From NCBI GenBank assembly GCA_030141605.1, contig JAQGDQ010001079.1, positions 1 through 64,000 of the forward strand: DNA of 64,000 nt, written 5' to 3'. This document shows, piece by piece, positions 13,429 through 26,850 of this stretch. The position numbers and the translations under genes were made by a program. This stretch comes from Tubiluchus corallicola (lineage: Eukaryota > Animalia > Priapulida). Each line of letters begins with the position of its first letter. Positions within the stretch are counted from its first letter, which is position 1. The notes beneath the pieces are model-generated. The model did no database searches and was not told the origin of the DNA. It saw only the letters and a program-made list of their open reading frames with translations.

Positions 13429-13788
13429 TAGGTGTGAGCATTCTCTGCCAGAAAGCGAATTCAAATTGAATCGAATTTGTGACTTTCGAATTCGATTCGA
13501 ACTGATTTTCGCTATTTCGAGTTCGAATTAAGGTTGAAAGATTTTCGAACTACCAGTAAAAATTAGTCTTAAGAAGAACATGCATATTATTTTATTTTGT
13601 TCTGCATTTAATCCCCTAATAAATTGTACACAGAAATCACAGCTAAATTATGCTAATTGCATGATGTTTTGATCATTTTAGTGATAAAGAATGTGATTGA
13701 AGTGCTGAAATACTCGAATCTATAGTTTTATGTTCGAATCGAATTCTAACTAAAAAACTCGTTCGAATTGAATTCAAACGTTCGATGC
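13429..13788 (+). mobile_element. hAT-type MITE, cargo-free ~360-bp relative of the 21263-27183 element; right TIR truncated
   Basis: Starts taggtgtgagcattctctgccagaaagcg, has ttcgaa-rich subterminal repeats, and is colinear with both ends of 21263-27183. Confidence 0.75.
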
Positions 13789-15217
13789 CAGTAGCATTGA
13801 GAAATTTTACTTTTTGCACAATATTTGTTAATTTTGTTACAGTGAGTAATTGCAAGTTAAAAACAGCTAATGGATCTATTAAGAGGGGTTCTTAAGCTTT
13901 AAAATTATCACATTTTTGTGTCAAAATGTTGTTGGGTTTTCGCTAAATTTTTTAGCCACTAATTTCAGGGTGGAACTTTTCTTGTAAGTGGTGCTCGCGT
14001 GGCGGTTGACATAAGAACTGAAATCACGTAAAGCCCAGGCAGATCATCATCAAAACTAACGATGCGTCGCTTCACTCAGTGATTTTTTGTTTGCCGATTT
14101 TTTTTTAAATGATAGAATTTTATGTTTCGAGATTGTTTTCTTTACAACTAACCGGTTACTGTTACGCGTGTTTTATTAATGAGTTATACAGCATTAGTAC
14201 CGAACACTTTTTTCGCGGATTGGCAAGGGCTTGAGTTTTCCCGCAGTAACTGCTAGATTTGGATTTATCTTTTCATTTTGTTTGTTTCATATTTTTACTG
14301 TATATTGTACTTGAAATCCACTTTCGTACGTATTGTTTTGTAATGGACGAACTAAAATACTAATCAATAGGCAGTGTGTGTACTGCGCATGTAATGGCTG
14401 TCAAGTGTCAGTCACTAAAAATTCAATCAATTCGTCACAGTCACAAAAAGATTAGACTGTGTAACACCGTGCTATTTCATGTAATCTATGACAGTTACTG
14501 CATGTGATGCCTAACGAAGAGCCAACTTGGATCTCAGAGCATCTAAGAGGTACTAAGAAAAGTCTTATGTGAGAAAACGGTACGTCATATTGGAATACAT
14601 TAAGTGAAACAAAACCCCGTCCTAACGGCAATTTGCATAGTGCTTATGAAGAATATAACGACATATTATGTTTCTTAAACTCAGACATTGAAATGTTTAG
14701 CCAAACAAGTCGTACAAGTATAGATAAACAGCAAGTTTTAATACCATTATTCAGACTATGACTATGAGATAAGCATTATGACACAATGACATACCACGAC
14801 ATGACAGACATTATGACATATAATTAAAATACTAATATAAATAGTTGTTGAAAATTAATAGTCATTGTAAAATATCTAGATGGAAAAGGTGAAACAAAGC
14901 TCAATATTTTATATAAATTGAAATTCTACAAACTTTTTCTACATGTTGAAAGCATGTTTATAAATATAAAACATGAAAAAATTAAGCCTTTTATAACACA
15001 GCTGTTACTACAGATCATGAGATGGATCAATGTTAAATTTAACATAATGACAGAAAAACAAAACAAGTTGAAACACATTCCAGACATATACTGTAGATAA
15101 ACTGCATGTAATTATCATTTCCAAATCATTTTAATTAATTGTAACACGTATTGAATATATTTCTTTGACCCACACAGTGACTTATATCTTCCTACCCCAT
15201 ACACATACATGTAATTA

Positions 15218-15542
15218 CCGTCGACCCTCGTTAAACCGGACCCCGTTCGCCCGGATATCAGATAAGACGGACGTCATCCGTCGTAAAGGAAACTGACCGA
15301 TTTCCGTCCTAGCCGCAGCGCTAAACACAACACGGCCTACCAACTGTACAATAATTTCTTTATCGTCACAGGTTAACTATTTTAAAGTAATATACAGTAT
15401 AGTATATAGTGAAATGTATATAGGCCTTATTAAGGTGATTATTCCTGTATGATATAGCCCATATATAGGCATATCGGATAAATCGGACAATCAGCTAAAA
15501 ATTGGACCCCCCCAATTAGTCCGGTTTAACGAGGTTTGACTG
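15218..15542. mobile_element. Tigger/pogo-like MITE
   Basis: TA-flanked ~24-bp TIRs ccgtcgaccctcgttaaaccggac / gtccggtttaacgaggtttgactg. Confidence 0.75.
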
Positions 15543-15684
15543 TACATCATGTAAACGTAATTGTTTCACTTAGGAAGAATCATTATTACATCTACCAAAT
15601 TTAATAAACATGACAACCCTAGTTATTTCTGATTATATTTTCTAGGACAATCTCAACATCACGATTTGCATAATGGTAAATTAA

Positions 15685-16316
15685 AGCACAAGAAAACTCT
15701 GCACTTACATCAAGCTTAAAAATTCATCTTGAAATTTTGTGCCACATAATACTGCCTTTTTACGTACAGGAATTCAGTCGACAGACATGTAAAACATGTA
15801 AATCTAAACTCCCGCGATGACCGTTAGACTCAACCATTTTGACGATAAATCATTTGAAACAAGTTTAGATAACATTTTGTAAAATTTGAAAAAATAATCA
15901 GAGCATTCGTAGCGCACAAGTCACTAACTAAATAAAATTTAAAATTACTGTATCTTGTCAATAAGATTAAAAATACGTTTTTGGTTACTGAGTGGTGCAC
16001 CCTGGAGGTGAGTCAGTGACATTTTTTCAATTGGTGAAAACACTTTAAATAATTGATAATTTTCTTTTCTAGTTACATGAGTCTTTCAAGTAGGTAAGCG
16101 AAAAGCTAACTAATATAACTTTGCATGGAAAATTTCTAGGGCATAATCTAACATGTCCTTTTCTTCCTCTGATTTACGTTGTGCATGTGTGACGTCATAT
16201 AATGGCGCCGTCGGAACAGCATTGCGTGAGATTTAAAATGAAAAATGTTTCTATAAAGTAACGTATTTTTTAAGGCAATTTCGTGAAACCTACATCAGGT
16301 ATCCCTTCTCTTGTCC
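15685..16316 (+). mobile_element. Kolobok-like element copy
   Basis: TTAA|AGCACAAGAAA...CTTGTCC|TTAA. Confidence 0.7.
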
Positions 16317-16429
16317 TTAACTATGAAAAGATTTCTACGTTTGTAATTTCGGTTAAATTTGATGAGATGTATAGTTGTGATATTAGACAGCAGTATTGAA
16401 AACTGCAACAGCTTTTTTTAAATCATGAC

Positions 16430-16856
16430 TGAGATTAAATGATAATTACCTGGGTTAGTTAAATTTTGTTAAACTTTCTAAGCTATGCACGGCTCAGCAA
16501 ATCTACTAAGACTGGCAATAATGCCTTTTTCTCATATTTGCTTGGCTGACAAATAGGCGCGGTACCATGATAAAGATGATCATATCAACTGCAGTGTTCA
16601 TTTACGATGTTATTGGCCCTTTTTTGTGACATCACATCTGCGTCTTATGTCTTTTCTTACACAAACGTGCTAGATGTGCGGGGAAGATGCCTGCCATTGT
16701 ACAAATTGTGGTTAGTTTGTGATGTAAGCAATAGCTGTGTTCCGGCTTTCCAAGCGAATTATTCAATTATATAAACAACTTTTATAATCAAGAATATGTA
16801 TATTTTGGAAAGAAATTAAAATGAGATTGAGTCTAATCAATCGTCCAATTTTCCTT
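16430..16856 (+). mobile_element. Partial copy of the Kolobok-like family at 50667-51215
   Basis: Colinear similarity, e.g. ctactaagactggc and gagattgagtctaa.caatcgtcc. Confidence 0.6.
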
Positions 16857-17444
16857 CAAAGCATACTGATTAATACAATTTTGTAATCATTACTGACCTT
16901 GTTATTGACATATTTTAGTCAATAAGACAGATGTAGTTTGTTAGTGTCTCTGAGAGGCATTTATGACAACTTCAAAAGTCTCAGTTGTATTTTCATATAA
17001 ACCACTGATCCTTTATTTCTGCAACATTTAAAACAAAAAATAGAAAGGCAAAGGTGACTGACATTGGCTAATTTAGTTAGATTGTTAATGAATAATGAAT
17101 CAATGAATAAATAAAAATAAAAATTAATAGAAATAAACTTACATCTTTGCGGCATATATCTAATGAAAAATTTCGCTAGCTTGTTACAGACATGTTCACT
17201 CATACAACAGAACAGCGTAAATGAAAACGTAACTAGGTCAATGCCCACACTTTAAACTTTCTAGCTAGATGGAGCCACCTTGGCTACAAAATTAAAATTT
17301 ATTAAGTTAGGTTCACACTGGCCTTAATATAGTTTATATTTCTGTTTCAGGTTAATACTTGTAAGCCAGTACTGTCAACAGAGACCATACTATCAAAAAC
17401 AAACGATATTAGCCAATTGATTCTTATCAACTCTATTTATTACC

Positions 17445-19148
17445 ATGGCTCATTTTAACCTCATGGACGGTGTGCAGAGTGGATGCAGTTCACCCACACT
17501 GGATGACGGTAATGACGAAATAGCCAGTTTGCTTTCGTACGTGTGTGATATAGTCCATACTTGCGTAGATGACACTATGATTATACCAAGTGATCAGTCG
17601 AATGAATCAACCATTATTGATTATCAGACAGTTAATGGAGATACTGCAGCAACTGTTGAAACTAATTATTTAATAAGAGGTTTGGATAAACTGCATGCAT
17701 CACAAAATGACTCTCAGATCATAAATAGAGACGAACTAGTTGACATTGATAAGCCTCAAGCATTTGACAAATTACTCAAAGTCAAGAAGGAACACGACAC
17801 TTTTCCTGGAGATGTTTTAACTGATAAAGGTACAAATACAAACAGTGATGATTATTTAGTGCGGAAAACAGAGCATGGTGATATTTTTGCACAAGTGACA
17901 GAGAAAGATTATTCCTTGCAAGATGGTACTGATGCGTATGATTCACGAATCATCGTTAAGGACAACAGTGTCGAATTCGACGTGACGACTTCATCCGAAT
18001 CAAGGAAGCGAAGAAAATCGAGGCCGCCTGGTAGAATCTTCGTAAAATTTGCAAATGCTAAGCCACACAAGTGTGACCTTTGCCCGTTAACTTTTAGATG
18101 GCCAAGTGAATTGAAGGCGCACAGAAGAACTCACAGCGAGGAACGACCGTATTTGTGCAGTGATTGTGGCAAAGCGTTTTTCAGCAAAACTGGATTGAAG
18201 TGGCATTTGAAAAAGTGGCACTCAGAAGGCAAGATGAAGTGGCATGTCGAACCTCACACGGGTGAGAAAACATTCTTGTGTAGTGATTGTGGAAAGGCAT
18301 TTTCAAGTAGAAATGGAATGAAAGGTCACTGGAAGAAGTGGCATTCGGATAACGAGTATTTTCTGTGCAGTGAGTGTGGTGCCACATTTGGTGACGTGTA
18401 TTCGCTGAGAACTCATATGCTAACTCATTCAGATATCAGACCTTTTAAGTGCAACGAATGTGAGATGACGTTTAAGCACTTGATTACTCTGAAACTACAT
18501 GTTCGTAGAATGCACATTCTTGATAAGCCATTTAAGTGTAATGAGTGCGAAGCATCTTTTGTCGATCGCGGCTCGTTGAACAGACATCTAAAAATCCACA
18601 TGGAAGACAGGCCAAAACCATTCAAGTGTGCCGACTGCGATAAAGCTTTTGACTCCAAACATCACTTGAAAAGCCACGTCATTGTTCACACCGGACTGAA
18701 GCCATACAAATGTGAAACATGCAGTAAAGCTTTCGCTCATTCGTCAAGGTTGCGCAGCCATTTGAAACTGCATACGGGCGAGAAACCGAAGGACCTCGAG
18801 CGGAAATATCGGTGCAACTTATGTCCCTCTGCTTTCGTTAGTTCTGGAAACTTAAAGAAACACATGGTCACCCACACTCAAGAGAGGCCGTATCTGTGTA
18901 GTGAGTGTGGTGCAGCTTTTGCTCACAAGTACGTTTTAACCAGGCACACCCAAATTCACACGGGCCAGTACAAGCCATTTAACTGTGACACGTGCGGACA
19001 AACCTTTCGCGAAAAATCAAATTTGAAGAAACATGAGAGAAAGCATACAGGTGAACGGCCTTACAAGTGTGACTTTTGCGCAGCAGCATTCGCAGATCCA
19101 TCTAACTTTAAGAAGCATGTATCTAAACATAAAAGCATACCAGTATGA
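17445..19148 (+). CDS. C2H2 zinc-finger protein (12 fingers, acidic N-terminus, no KRAB/ZAD/BTB recognised)
   Basis: 567-aa ORF with CxxC-x12-Hx3/4H repeats and TGEKP/ERP linkers; in-frame stop upstream of accATGg; splice acceptor tttcag at 17350 implies a 5'UTR intron. Confidence 0.95.
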   Translation: MAHFNLMDGVQSGCSSPTLDDGNDEIASLLSYVCDIVHTCVDDTMIIPSDQSNESTIIDYQTVNGDTAATVETNYLIRGLDKLHASQNDSQIINRDELVDIDKPQAFDKLLKVKKEHDTFPGDVLTDKGTNTNSDDYLVRKTEHGDIFAQVTEKDYSLQDGTDAYDSRIIVKDNSVEFDVTTSSESRKRRKSRPPGRIFVKFANAKPHKCDLCPLTFRWPSELKAHRRTHSEERPYLCSDCGKAFFSKTGLKWHLKKWHSEGKMKWHVEPHTGEKTFLCSDCGKAFSSRNGMKGHWKKWHSDNEYFLCSECGATFGDVYSLRTHMLTHSDIRPFKCNECEMTFKHLITLKLHVRRMHILDKPFKCNECEASFVDRGSLNRHLKIHMEDRPKPFKCADCDKAFDSKHHLKSHVIVHTGLKPYKCETCSKAFAHSSRLRSHLKLHTGEKPKDLERKYRCNLCPSAFVSSGNLKKHMVTHTQERPYLCSECGAAFAHKYVLTRHTQIHTGQYKPFNCDTCGQTFREKSNLKKHERKHTGERPYKCDFCAAAFADPSNFKKHVSKHKSIPV

Positions 19149-19500
19149 TTTATGCAGGTAGTTTTTGCAGTTGATTTTAAGAAACATACGCGTATCAAGA
19201 ATGGAAGAATGACTTACGCGAAGAAATATTACCAGAGAAATACAATTTAGCATTTGCACGGCTAGTTTTTTGCTGTTACATACATTTGACTATTCGTTGG
19301 TTAGACGGGCACTAGCGCATCTCGAAATCGCGTTGCACAAGAAACAGGTGCTGTACCTCTCATTCCGAATTGTTCGTTTGTGATGTAGTGCACGTGTTAC
19401 AAAGCTCGTGAGTGAGCACGACGGTAAAACTTGAAATTGCAATTTTAAACTTGAAAAAATTAGTTTAGTATCAATAAAGACAGTCAATCGACAAATTCGG

Positions 19501-19800
19501 ACTGGCACTCCCCGCTTTTGTCCAGCAAACCGAGATACGAGTGCAATAATAATATAACTTGTAGTAATAATAATAATAGCCAGCACCGCCATCCCGTTCC
19601 CGTTCTTCAGATCTCAGGCGTATAACTTTTGCAAAAAACGGCCGAAAAATGGTCATTTTTGGAGGTTTTTTGCCCCCCGTTCATCCCGGTGGGCCCGATT
19701 TGAAAAATAAACCCCCAATGGCACGACACTAGATCGAGACCTTTCGTTTGATGTATAGATCGCCGCAAATGGTGCCGTCGTCGAAGCTGTAGCCTCGAAT

Positions 19801-19834
<34 letters not shown>

Positions 19835-19853
19835 AAGAATATTAATATATAGA
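19501..19853 (-). mobile_element. Possible non-autonomous Helitron-type element
   Basis: Minus strand begins TCTATATA...; internal (TA)n; gcactc/gagtgc hairpin near the other end; the 3' CTAG is degenerate. Confidence 0.35.
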
Positions 19854-20241
19854 TAATAATAATAATATTAATGATAATTATAATTTCACTTGATGTATTG
19901 CAGCATTTTTTCTACATGTGCATGTTGTTATTTTAGCATCATACTCCCTTTGCAAAAGAGTGAGCCATTGCAATTGTACACCAGTCTTACAATTGTAATC
20001 AGTGTAAAGTTTGTAGTTTAAATGTGTCCCGTTGTTAATTTATTCAGCCGAAATACAGGGGCCGCTTCTAAGCTAATTACACAGATTTGTTCAAATTTGG
20101 CAATGTGCCAAGAAGGGGCCCGCACGCAAATGGAGGTTGTTAATTGTTTATTTATTTATTTTGCAATTTCAGTTTATTATTAACATTATAGTTTTTTTTA
20201 AAAATAAGACAATTGGCGAGCTCTGTATGCATTACTTAGAG

Positions 20242-20720
20242 CAGGGGTGTGCAAATTATCTGACTAGCCGGGCTACATTAAACTTTCCCGCAATTCCTGC
20301 GGGCCACAGGCAGTTTTATCAAGGAGCCAAGTACAGTAGGGCCTAATAACGATTTTTTTTGCATCCGACCTGCGTACATCATTACTACTAAACTCAAGAA
20401 ACTATTTTAGAAGTTATTAAAATTTATATTACAAACCATATATTTCTACTTTCAGGACAGATAGTGGTAATTTCATTACAATGCATATTAGTAATGTGTA
20501 TCACACAGTCTGTGTAGTACAGTGACATTAAGCTACAACCGTCTTGTAAGGATTAATGGCATCCGATCTAGTAGAAAAAACTACCCACACTATCTTTGGG
20601 ATCGTGGCACGGACTTCAGCTGGATACACTCAATTAATCGCCCGGGCCGCACTTTCATTAGATTGACAAATGTCTTCGTGGGCCGCAAGTGGCCCTCGGG
20701 CTGCAATTTGCACACCCCTG
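20242..20720 (+). mobile_element. hAT (Charlie-like) MITE
   Basis: 16-bp TIR caggggtgtgcaaatt; 8-bp TSD acttagag/agttagag; second copy at 41722-42214. Confidence 0.85.
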
Positions 20721-22021
20721 AGTTAGAGCATCATTGGATTTTAATTTTACCAATTTCTTGAACGAAAATTCAACAAATAATAATAATTTTTGTTGAATAA
20801 AAATTCAACGAAAAACCCTCAACACAGATTAAAACTACGGTCAGCAATTTCATAAGAGAGACTAAATAATTTGGCGATGTTATCTAAAAGAAATGTCATT
20901 TCAAAAACCACATCCAATATTTGTAAAATGTAAATATTAATCCAAACATTGTTGATAATTTGTGTAAGAGTTGTTATTTGAATCATTAAGTTTTGTATAA
21001 TAATTTATTTGTATACTTGTTGTACATCTTATAATTATATGTCTGGATCACTTATCGTTTTTTCTTTTTCATTCTTTGTGATTTTCTTATTAGAATTATA
21101 TAGATTGTTGTTGAAATTGTAATAAATAAACTATGATAAAAATTATCTAAAATAATCAGCAGTTTTTGCCATTTTTAATAACTTCTGTATACAGTACTTG
21201 AAAACCTGGGAGCAAAAAATCGTCCTGTTTTCCTTTAAAGTTATTTTAAAGCCTCTGTTCAGTAGGGGTGAGCATTCTCTACCAGAAAGCGAATTCGAAT
21301 CGAACCGAACTTAAGTGTTTCGAATTCGAACCGAATTCGAATTGAGATTGAACAATTTTCGAACCACCAGTAAAAATTAGTCTTACAAAGATTGTGTGTA
21401 TAGATTTTGTTCTGCAATAAAACGACTAGTAATTTGTTTAAAATTGTGCACAGAAATCACTGCTAAATTACGCTAATTGCGTGTTGTTTCAATCGTTTTA
21501 GTGATCAGGATATTAATATTTCAATGTACACCAAATGTAAGTAAAAGTATGTAAGGCTTCGCACTTGCTTTTAGCTGCATATTTTTGCTCAACACATTAG
21601 TATCAATGATGTTTCAGTAATTTCATTAGACAAACACTACAAGTACAGTGAATGTCCATCTGTTTTTTTATAATCCAGTCAAGCGTGATGATTATTGTCA
21701 ACACAACCGCCACCACGAACACAACAATGACGACGACAGCAACAGCATTTAGCAAACAAATCAGAACCTCCATAGATTTCCGTCGGTCATTAGCCTAAAC
21801 ATGATCCAGTATCTGTCATCTACTTGGGGACTAACGATCTACTAATGCGTTTTAAAAAGGCTATTACCTCTGTGAACTGGTCACTTCCAACTTGGAGGGT
21901 GAACGAACTCGAGTTTTCGCCACTTAATTAAGTTAACTGACGCTAAAGCACCCGTGACCTAAATTGCTGATGGAAAACTTGTCGGCATGATTACGATACA
22001 GTGAAATGCAAAGTTGTTTAA

Positions 22022-22459
22022 CCCTTTCAGTCCCAAATTATTTTTTTAATAAGAATTTTTTTTTGGCTTGGTACTTTTGTTTCCAATGTATCCTGTGGGA
22101 TACACAACATTCTTTGTCATGTGCAAAAAAACAAAGTCCGACTTTTTTAAAAACACAACAAAAGCGAAAAATGTGCTTCATTTTGCAACTGCTGATAATT
22201 TTTTAAAGTATTTAAGACATTTAGTATGCACGCTATGCTGATCTGTACAAAGTCGTCTCTAAAGTACTGTACCTTGCGCAGTTTTTTATGCTATGTAGAT
22301 TTTCTAGTTTGCCATTTTATCACTATTTTTAGTCTATTGTTATTGGCTTAAATAAAAATAACTATTAACAGATCAAATAACTGTCAGTTTTAAAATTTTA
22401 TTATTTTTAAAGGCAGAAAATATTCTCGTATCCCACGGGATACAACGGGTATGAAAGGG
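22022..22459 (-). mobile_element. piggyBac-type MITE nested in the hAT cargo
   Basis: TTAA|CCCTTTCA...TGAAAGGG|TTAA. Confidence 0.85.
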
Positions 22460-23449
22460 TTAAAAGAAAGGCAAGACTGGAGTTAATATCTGTATTCTAA
22501 CAACGAAAATTAGTTGACAATGTTCCAGACGTGGTCAGAAACTCAAGATTTTGCAACAAAAGTTATAAAATTGAGTCTTAAAATTAAAGAGACAACAGCC
22601 TTTTTTGAAAGTGCTTATTTTCTTTTACCGAATTCACGTTGCTTGAATGTAGTAACCGTATCCAGTCACACTAAAACAGCTGCAGAGAGTGCAAAAGCAG
22701 TTTTTAAATGGTATTTTCAACTTTGAACTGAACTAAAAGTGAAAAAACGCACATTGTGTAAATAATGGTGAATGAATAATACTCTAGATCACAAAACTAT
22801 GCCTGACCAAATGCCCAGTCAAGAAAAAACCTTGTACATGCAAAGCAAAATGTTTTATTTTAAGAAGAAAACTTGTAATTCTTGATAGGACTATTTTTTA
22901 AATTACATATCGACCTTAAATTGTTGAATTTGTTTAACATACGACGCTACTGATTTTGTAGAATGAAACAGCCATTGTGATATTTAACCCCGAAGAGCTT
23001 GCTTGTATGCAGCTTATAAAATGTTGAGTACATAGAAAGTGCATTTTACATTGAAACCTCAGCATTTAACTGTTCAGCCCGCCACTCACGTGTCAGAGGT
23101 CAATAAATCTTCACATAACTTATACCATTCAGTTTGTCTCATTGAGACCTTTCATTTGTTGTATTACAAGCCAGTTTCGGTTGACACAGGAAGACTCCTG
23201 TCTTTTCAACCCCTATTTTGCCCGCTAGTGGGGTCGCAGATTAACCATTCTCATTGTAACCCATCCTATTCGATTCGTCTCGCCGAGGCCTTTCATCTGA
23301 TATGCTGCACGGTACTATTCATAGGAACTCGATGCAGTTTTGTTCCCGACCCCCATTTTCGTTTTTTTGCCCACTAATGGGGTCAGAGATCAACCAATCT
23401 CGGAATAACTTATAGTGTTCGGTTAGTAATTGCTAATGTGACATTAACC

Positions 23450-24724
23450 TCAGTTAGAAAACGGGCTGTTTAGTGAGACTAAACTGGCATATTTCTTGTT
23501 AAAACATTGATCATTATACCATGCACTCAAGGCTTTGTAGGCACCAAAGTAATTTCTTTCAGCTTCATTCCTCTCAAGCCCTGAATTTTGTTTGTGAAGT
23601 TTTTTACATAACTCACACCAAAAGTCTTGTCTGTGTTTTAAATGTATCCTGTAATAATTACTGTAAGTTGGAAACATCAAAGTCGCTTTGTGATGTATTT
23701 TCCACAAAAAGTATTTACTATATTCCTCCTCTGTCATACTTTGTAAGAATTTTGCCAACATTTCTGGTGTGGCAAAGGCGTCCACATTGATGTAGGAATT
23801 AGGAGGAAGGAAATGGGTGTAGTTTGCACCACCTAAAACTATTGGTACCACGTCATACTGCAGCGTGGCGTAAACCTTTTCTGTAATGTAATCTTTACAC
23901 ACGGAGTTCTCAAAAGCTAAATAGAACTTGTAATTCTTTTCCAGAAACGCATAGGTGTGTTTGAAATCCTTTGTAGAGCTTCCATTTCGACATCTTCCAT
24001 ATATGTCGACAGCAATGAACTTCTTCAAATGATACACGTAATGTTCTCTTAAACTTGCTGTATCACAGTGACTTACAAACCAAGCAACAAGTCTAGACTT
24101 TCTGTGTCTTCTGTGTTGACCGAACTTATATTTCTCTCCGGGATCACGTTTGATTATATCTCCATACTTTAACACTATATCAGAGTCTAATCTGTACGTC
24201 ATTGTCCAATGTATGAAGCCATCCAATTCGCTTAAATTTGCTTTGGTATAACATGGTGACTCTGCTGAATACAAAACCCATTTCTGTCCTTCTAGTCTTT
24301 CTACTAGACTGGGTTTAATGTAATCATCACGGGGATGAATAACAACAGCACTGCTTTTGGTCAATAGAGAGCGATTGTTTGTAGTTTCACAGTAAGAAGA
24401 ATCGAGTGAACAGTTCTCAACAAATGGTTTCCTTCCAAATCCCCATCTAAAATCTTTATTACCGTGTAATTTATTCCAGAGTAAGATAAGCTTGGTTGTT
24501 CCGGTACTGTTGATTCTTCTTAATTTAGGCTCTTCTTTTGCACAGATATGGGAATCCGGACTATCGCAAACAGTACGCCGAAAAACTACGCCTGGTTTAG
24601 TCTTTTGAGTTACGTGCGAGATAATGAAACTGTAACATACCAAAATGGCGAAACAAAATGAAAGCAGAACAAAAATCGCCTTGGTTAAAATGACTTTTTT
24701 GTAAGAGTTTTTTAAACAGCACAT
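23450..24724 (-). CDS. Alpha-(1,3)-fucosyltransferase, glycosyltransferase family 10, intronless
   Basis: 424-aa type II membrane protein (N-terminal TM AIFVLLSFCFAILVCYSFII) with GT10 motifs SAESP, WTMTYRLDSD, VAWFVSHC, YKFYLAFENSVCKDYITEK and VVPIVLG. Confidence 0.95.
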   Translation of the reverse strand: MCCLKNSYKKVILTKAIFVLLSFCFAILVCYSFIISHVTQKTKPGVVFRRTVCDSPDSHICAKEEPKLRRINSTGTTKLILLWNKLHGNKDFRWGFGRKPFVENCSLDSSYCETTNNRSLLTKSSAVVIHPRDDYIKPSLVERLEGQKWVLYSAESPCYTKANLSELDGFIHWTMTYRLDSDIVLKYGDIIKRDPGEKYKFGQHRRHRKSRLVAWFVSHCDTASLREHYVYHLKKFIAVDIYGRCRNGSSTKDFKHTYAFLEKNYKFYLAFENSVCKDYITEKVYATLQYDVVPIVLGGANYTHFLPPNSYINVDAFATPEMLAKFLQSMTEEEYSKYFLWKIHHKATLMFPTYSNYYRIHLKHRQDFWCELCKKLHKQNSGLERNEAERNYFGAYKALSAWYNDQCFNKKYASLVSLNSPFSN

Positions 24725-24898
24725 TTTACACTATAAAGTAGCAAGTTGAAATACTACAAGTACCGAAAAGACATAGTACATAGTAGACATAGACATAGTT
24801 TCACGAGTATAAAAGTCATTTACTCGGTAGACATTTCACGGAAATGTAAGTGTAGTTAAGTTGGTAAGAAGTATGTGACCGGCTTGATTTTGTGGTAT

Positions 24899-24908
24899 TG
24901 CGCATGCG
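24899..24908. promoter_or_regulatory. NRF1-like palindrome (TGCGCATGCG) ~175 bp upstream of the fucosyltransferase ATG
   Basis: Motif match only. Confidence 0.3.
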
Positions 24909-25453
24909 TCAACAGAACGTAATCATCTCAGAATGTCACAAGTTTGTGTACTTTTAAAAGAATGGTTAAAGACAAACACTTTGTAGGTACGAAAATGAAC
25001 AGTTGGATGTATTAATAACAGCAGTAAAGGCTATAATTATAGAATTTCTTTGACTTTATGCTGAGAGAATTATTTCTTGAATATTCTTTTTTAATTGCGA
25101 ACGTCTTTTACCTTATTTAACTAATAATAATAATTTATTTATTATAATTAATAAATTGGAAATCAATTTATAATTATTATTCCTAATAATTTAGCTTATC
25201 AATGTTTATAATGATTTTGTAATTATACATAAAGTTACTGCGAACACGAGTAAAACTAGAATTTTATCCATAAAACCAGCTTGTATGAGGTGATGTTTGA
25301 TGTTTGAAACGGGTGATGTTTATTTAAATAATTTACTTTTAAAAATGTGGAAGAAGAGAAATATCTTGGCAATATCTTTGATTATGAAAATATGGTTGAT
25401 CGTGATACAGATAGACAGCGTGCTTTGTTTTACGCATGGTCAAACATATTTAT

Positions 25454-26850
25454 TATATATATATTAATTCTTTATTTGTCATAAAAATGGTTCACTCATT
25501 ATAATAAAATTGAGTAAGCCTCAGCGTAATGTCAAAATAACCACACTGTTCAAGACAAATGCGTCCAGTGCATACTAAAAAAACTAAAGTGCAAAACTAT
25601 ATACAATAAATGAACATATTTACAAACACCATATTAAAATATTTTTCCAAAATAATTTTACGAAAGTACATTAAATTTTACATGTCATATTTTACACTAT
25701 ATATACATTTGACAAGACACAATTAACAGAAACATGCTTTACATTACATAAATTTCACTTATTACATTTACACTATTTATACATTTAACATTACAAAACT
25801 AACATAACACGTATTACATTACATAATTTTTTTTAAAAAAATTTCATTTTTAATCGTTATATGGAGTCAGGGGCGGGGGTAGATCAAAGTGGAGTCTGTG
25901 TAATTAGTATCAGATGCACAATGTGGAAGTTGAAACCTGTTATATTGATATTCTTTTAATTTCTTTTTAAAGTGGTGGAGAGATTCTATTTGTTTTATTT
26001 CACTGGGTAGTAAGTTCCATAAATTTATGGCCTGTTTTGATATGGAGTTATTTCCAAATTTATTGTTTACTGTAATTTGCTTTAAATTGTATGTTCTAGT
26101 GTTTAAAGTGGTATCAGGAATAAATGCTAAGGGATTGTTTATAAATGGAATGCTCAGTTTATTTATATATTTATAAAGAAATATCAGTGTTTTGTAATCT
26201 CGATAAGCTTCTAATTTTGGTATTTTTGTGGACGTTCTTAAGCTTGTTGCAGAAGCAGCATGTTGTTTAGCAGTTTTGTCTTTGTATTTAGTTTTCTAAA
26301 GTTTTCATATTTAATGTTTTGAAGTAAAGTGCAACCATATAGATAATGTGGTAATATTAGACTTTTGTAGATGAGAATTTTTGTTTTCTTGGTTAGATGG
26401 CCTCTGGTTTGGCGTCAGAATGTCGTGCTTAATGCCATCTTGTTGTGTATTTGATGAAACTGTTCATCCCAAGTGAGTTTATTGTCGACAGTAATGCCTA
26501 AAAATTTTACAGTTTTTGCTTGTTCCATGGAACAGTCACCTACTTTTAGTGTTGCATTAGAAGAAGTAATGTCATTTGATTTGGGTGATATTACCATAAA
26601 TTCTGTCTTATCATCATTCATTTTTAAACCAAAATAGTTAAATGCTGCATTTATATTCGTTATGTCTTTTTCTAGATTATTTTTTGATGTTAGAAAGTCT
26701 GCGTCTGCTGTATAGAGTGTTGTATCATCGGCATATTGTGTTAAGTCTGAATTATGTAAAACTAAATGAATTTTATTAACGTATAAACAAAAGAGTAAAG
26801 GACCTAATATCGTACCTTGCGGGATGCCTCTCTGTGGTGTGTCCCATGTT
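25454..26850 (-). mobile_element. 5'-truncated CR1/L2-group LINE: degraded RT plus 3'UTR and (TA)n tail
   Basis: RT motifs GIPQGTILGPLLFCLYVN, YADDT and KFLGITVDNKLTW; 3'UTR shared with four other copies in the window. Confidence 0.88.
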
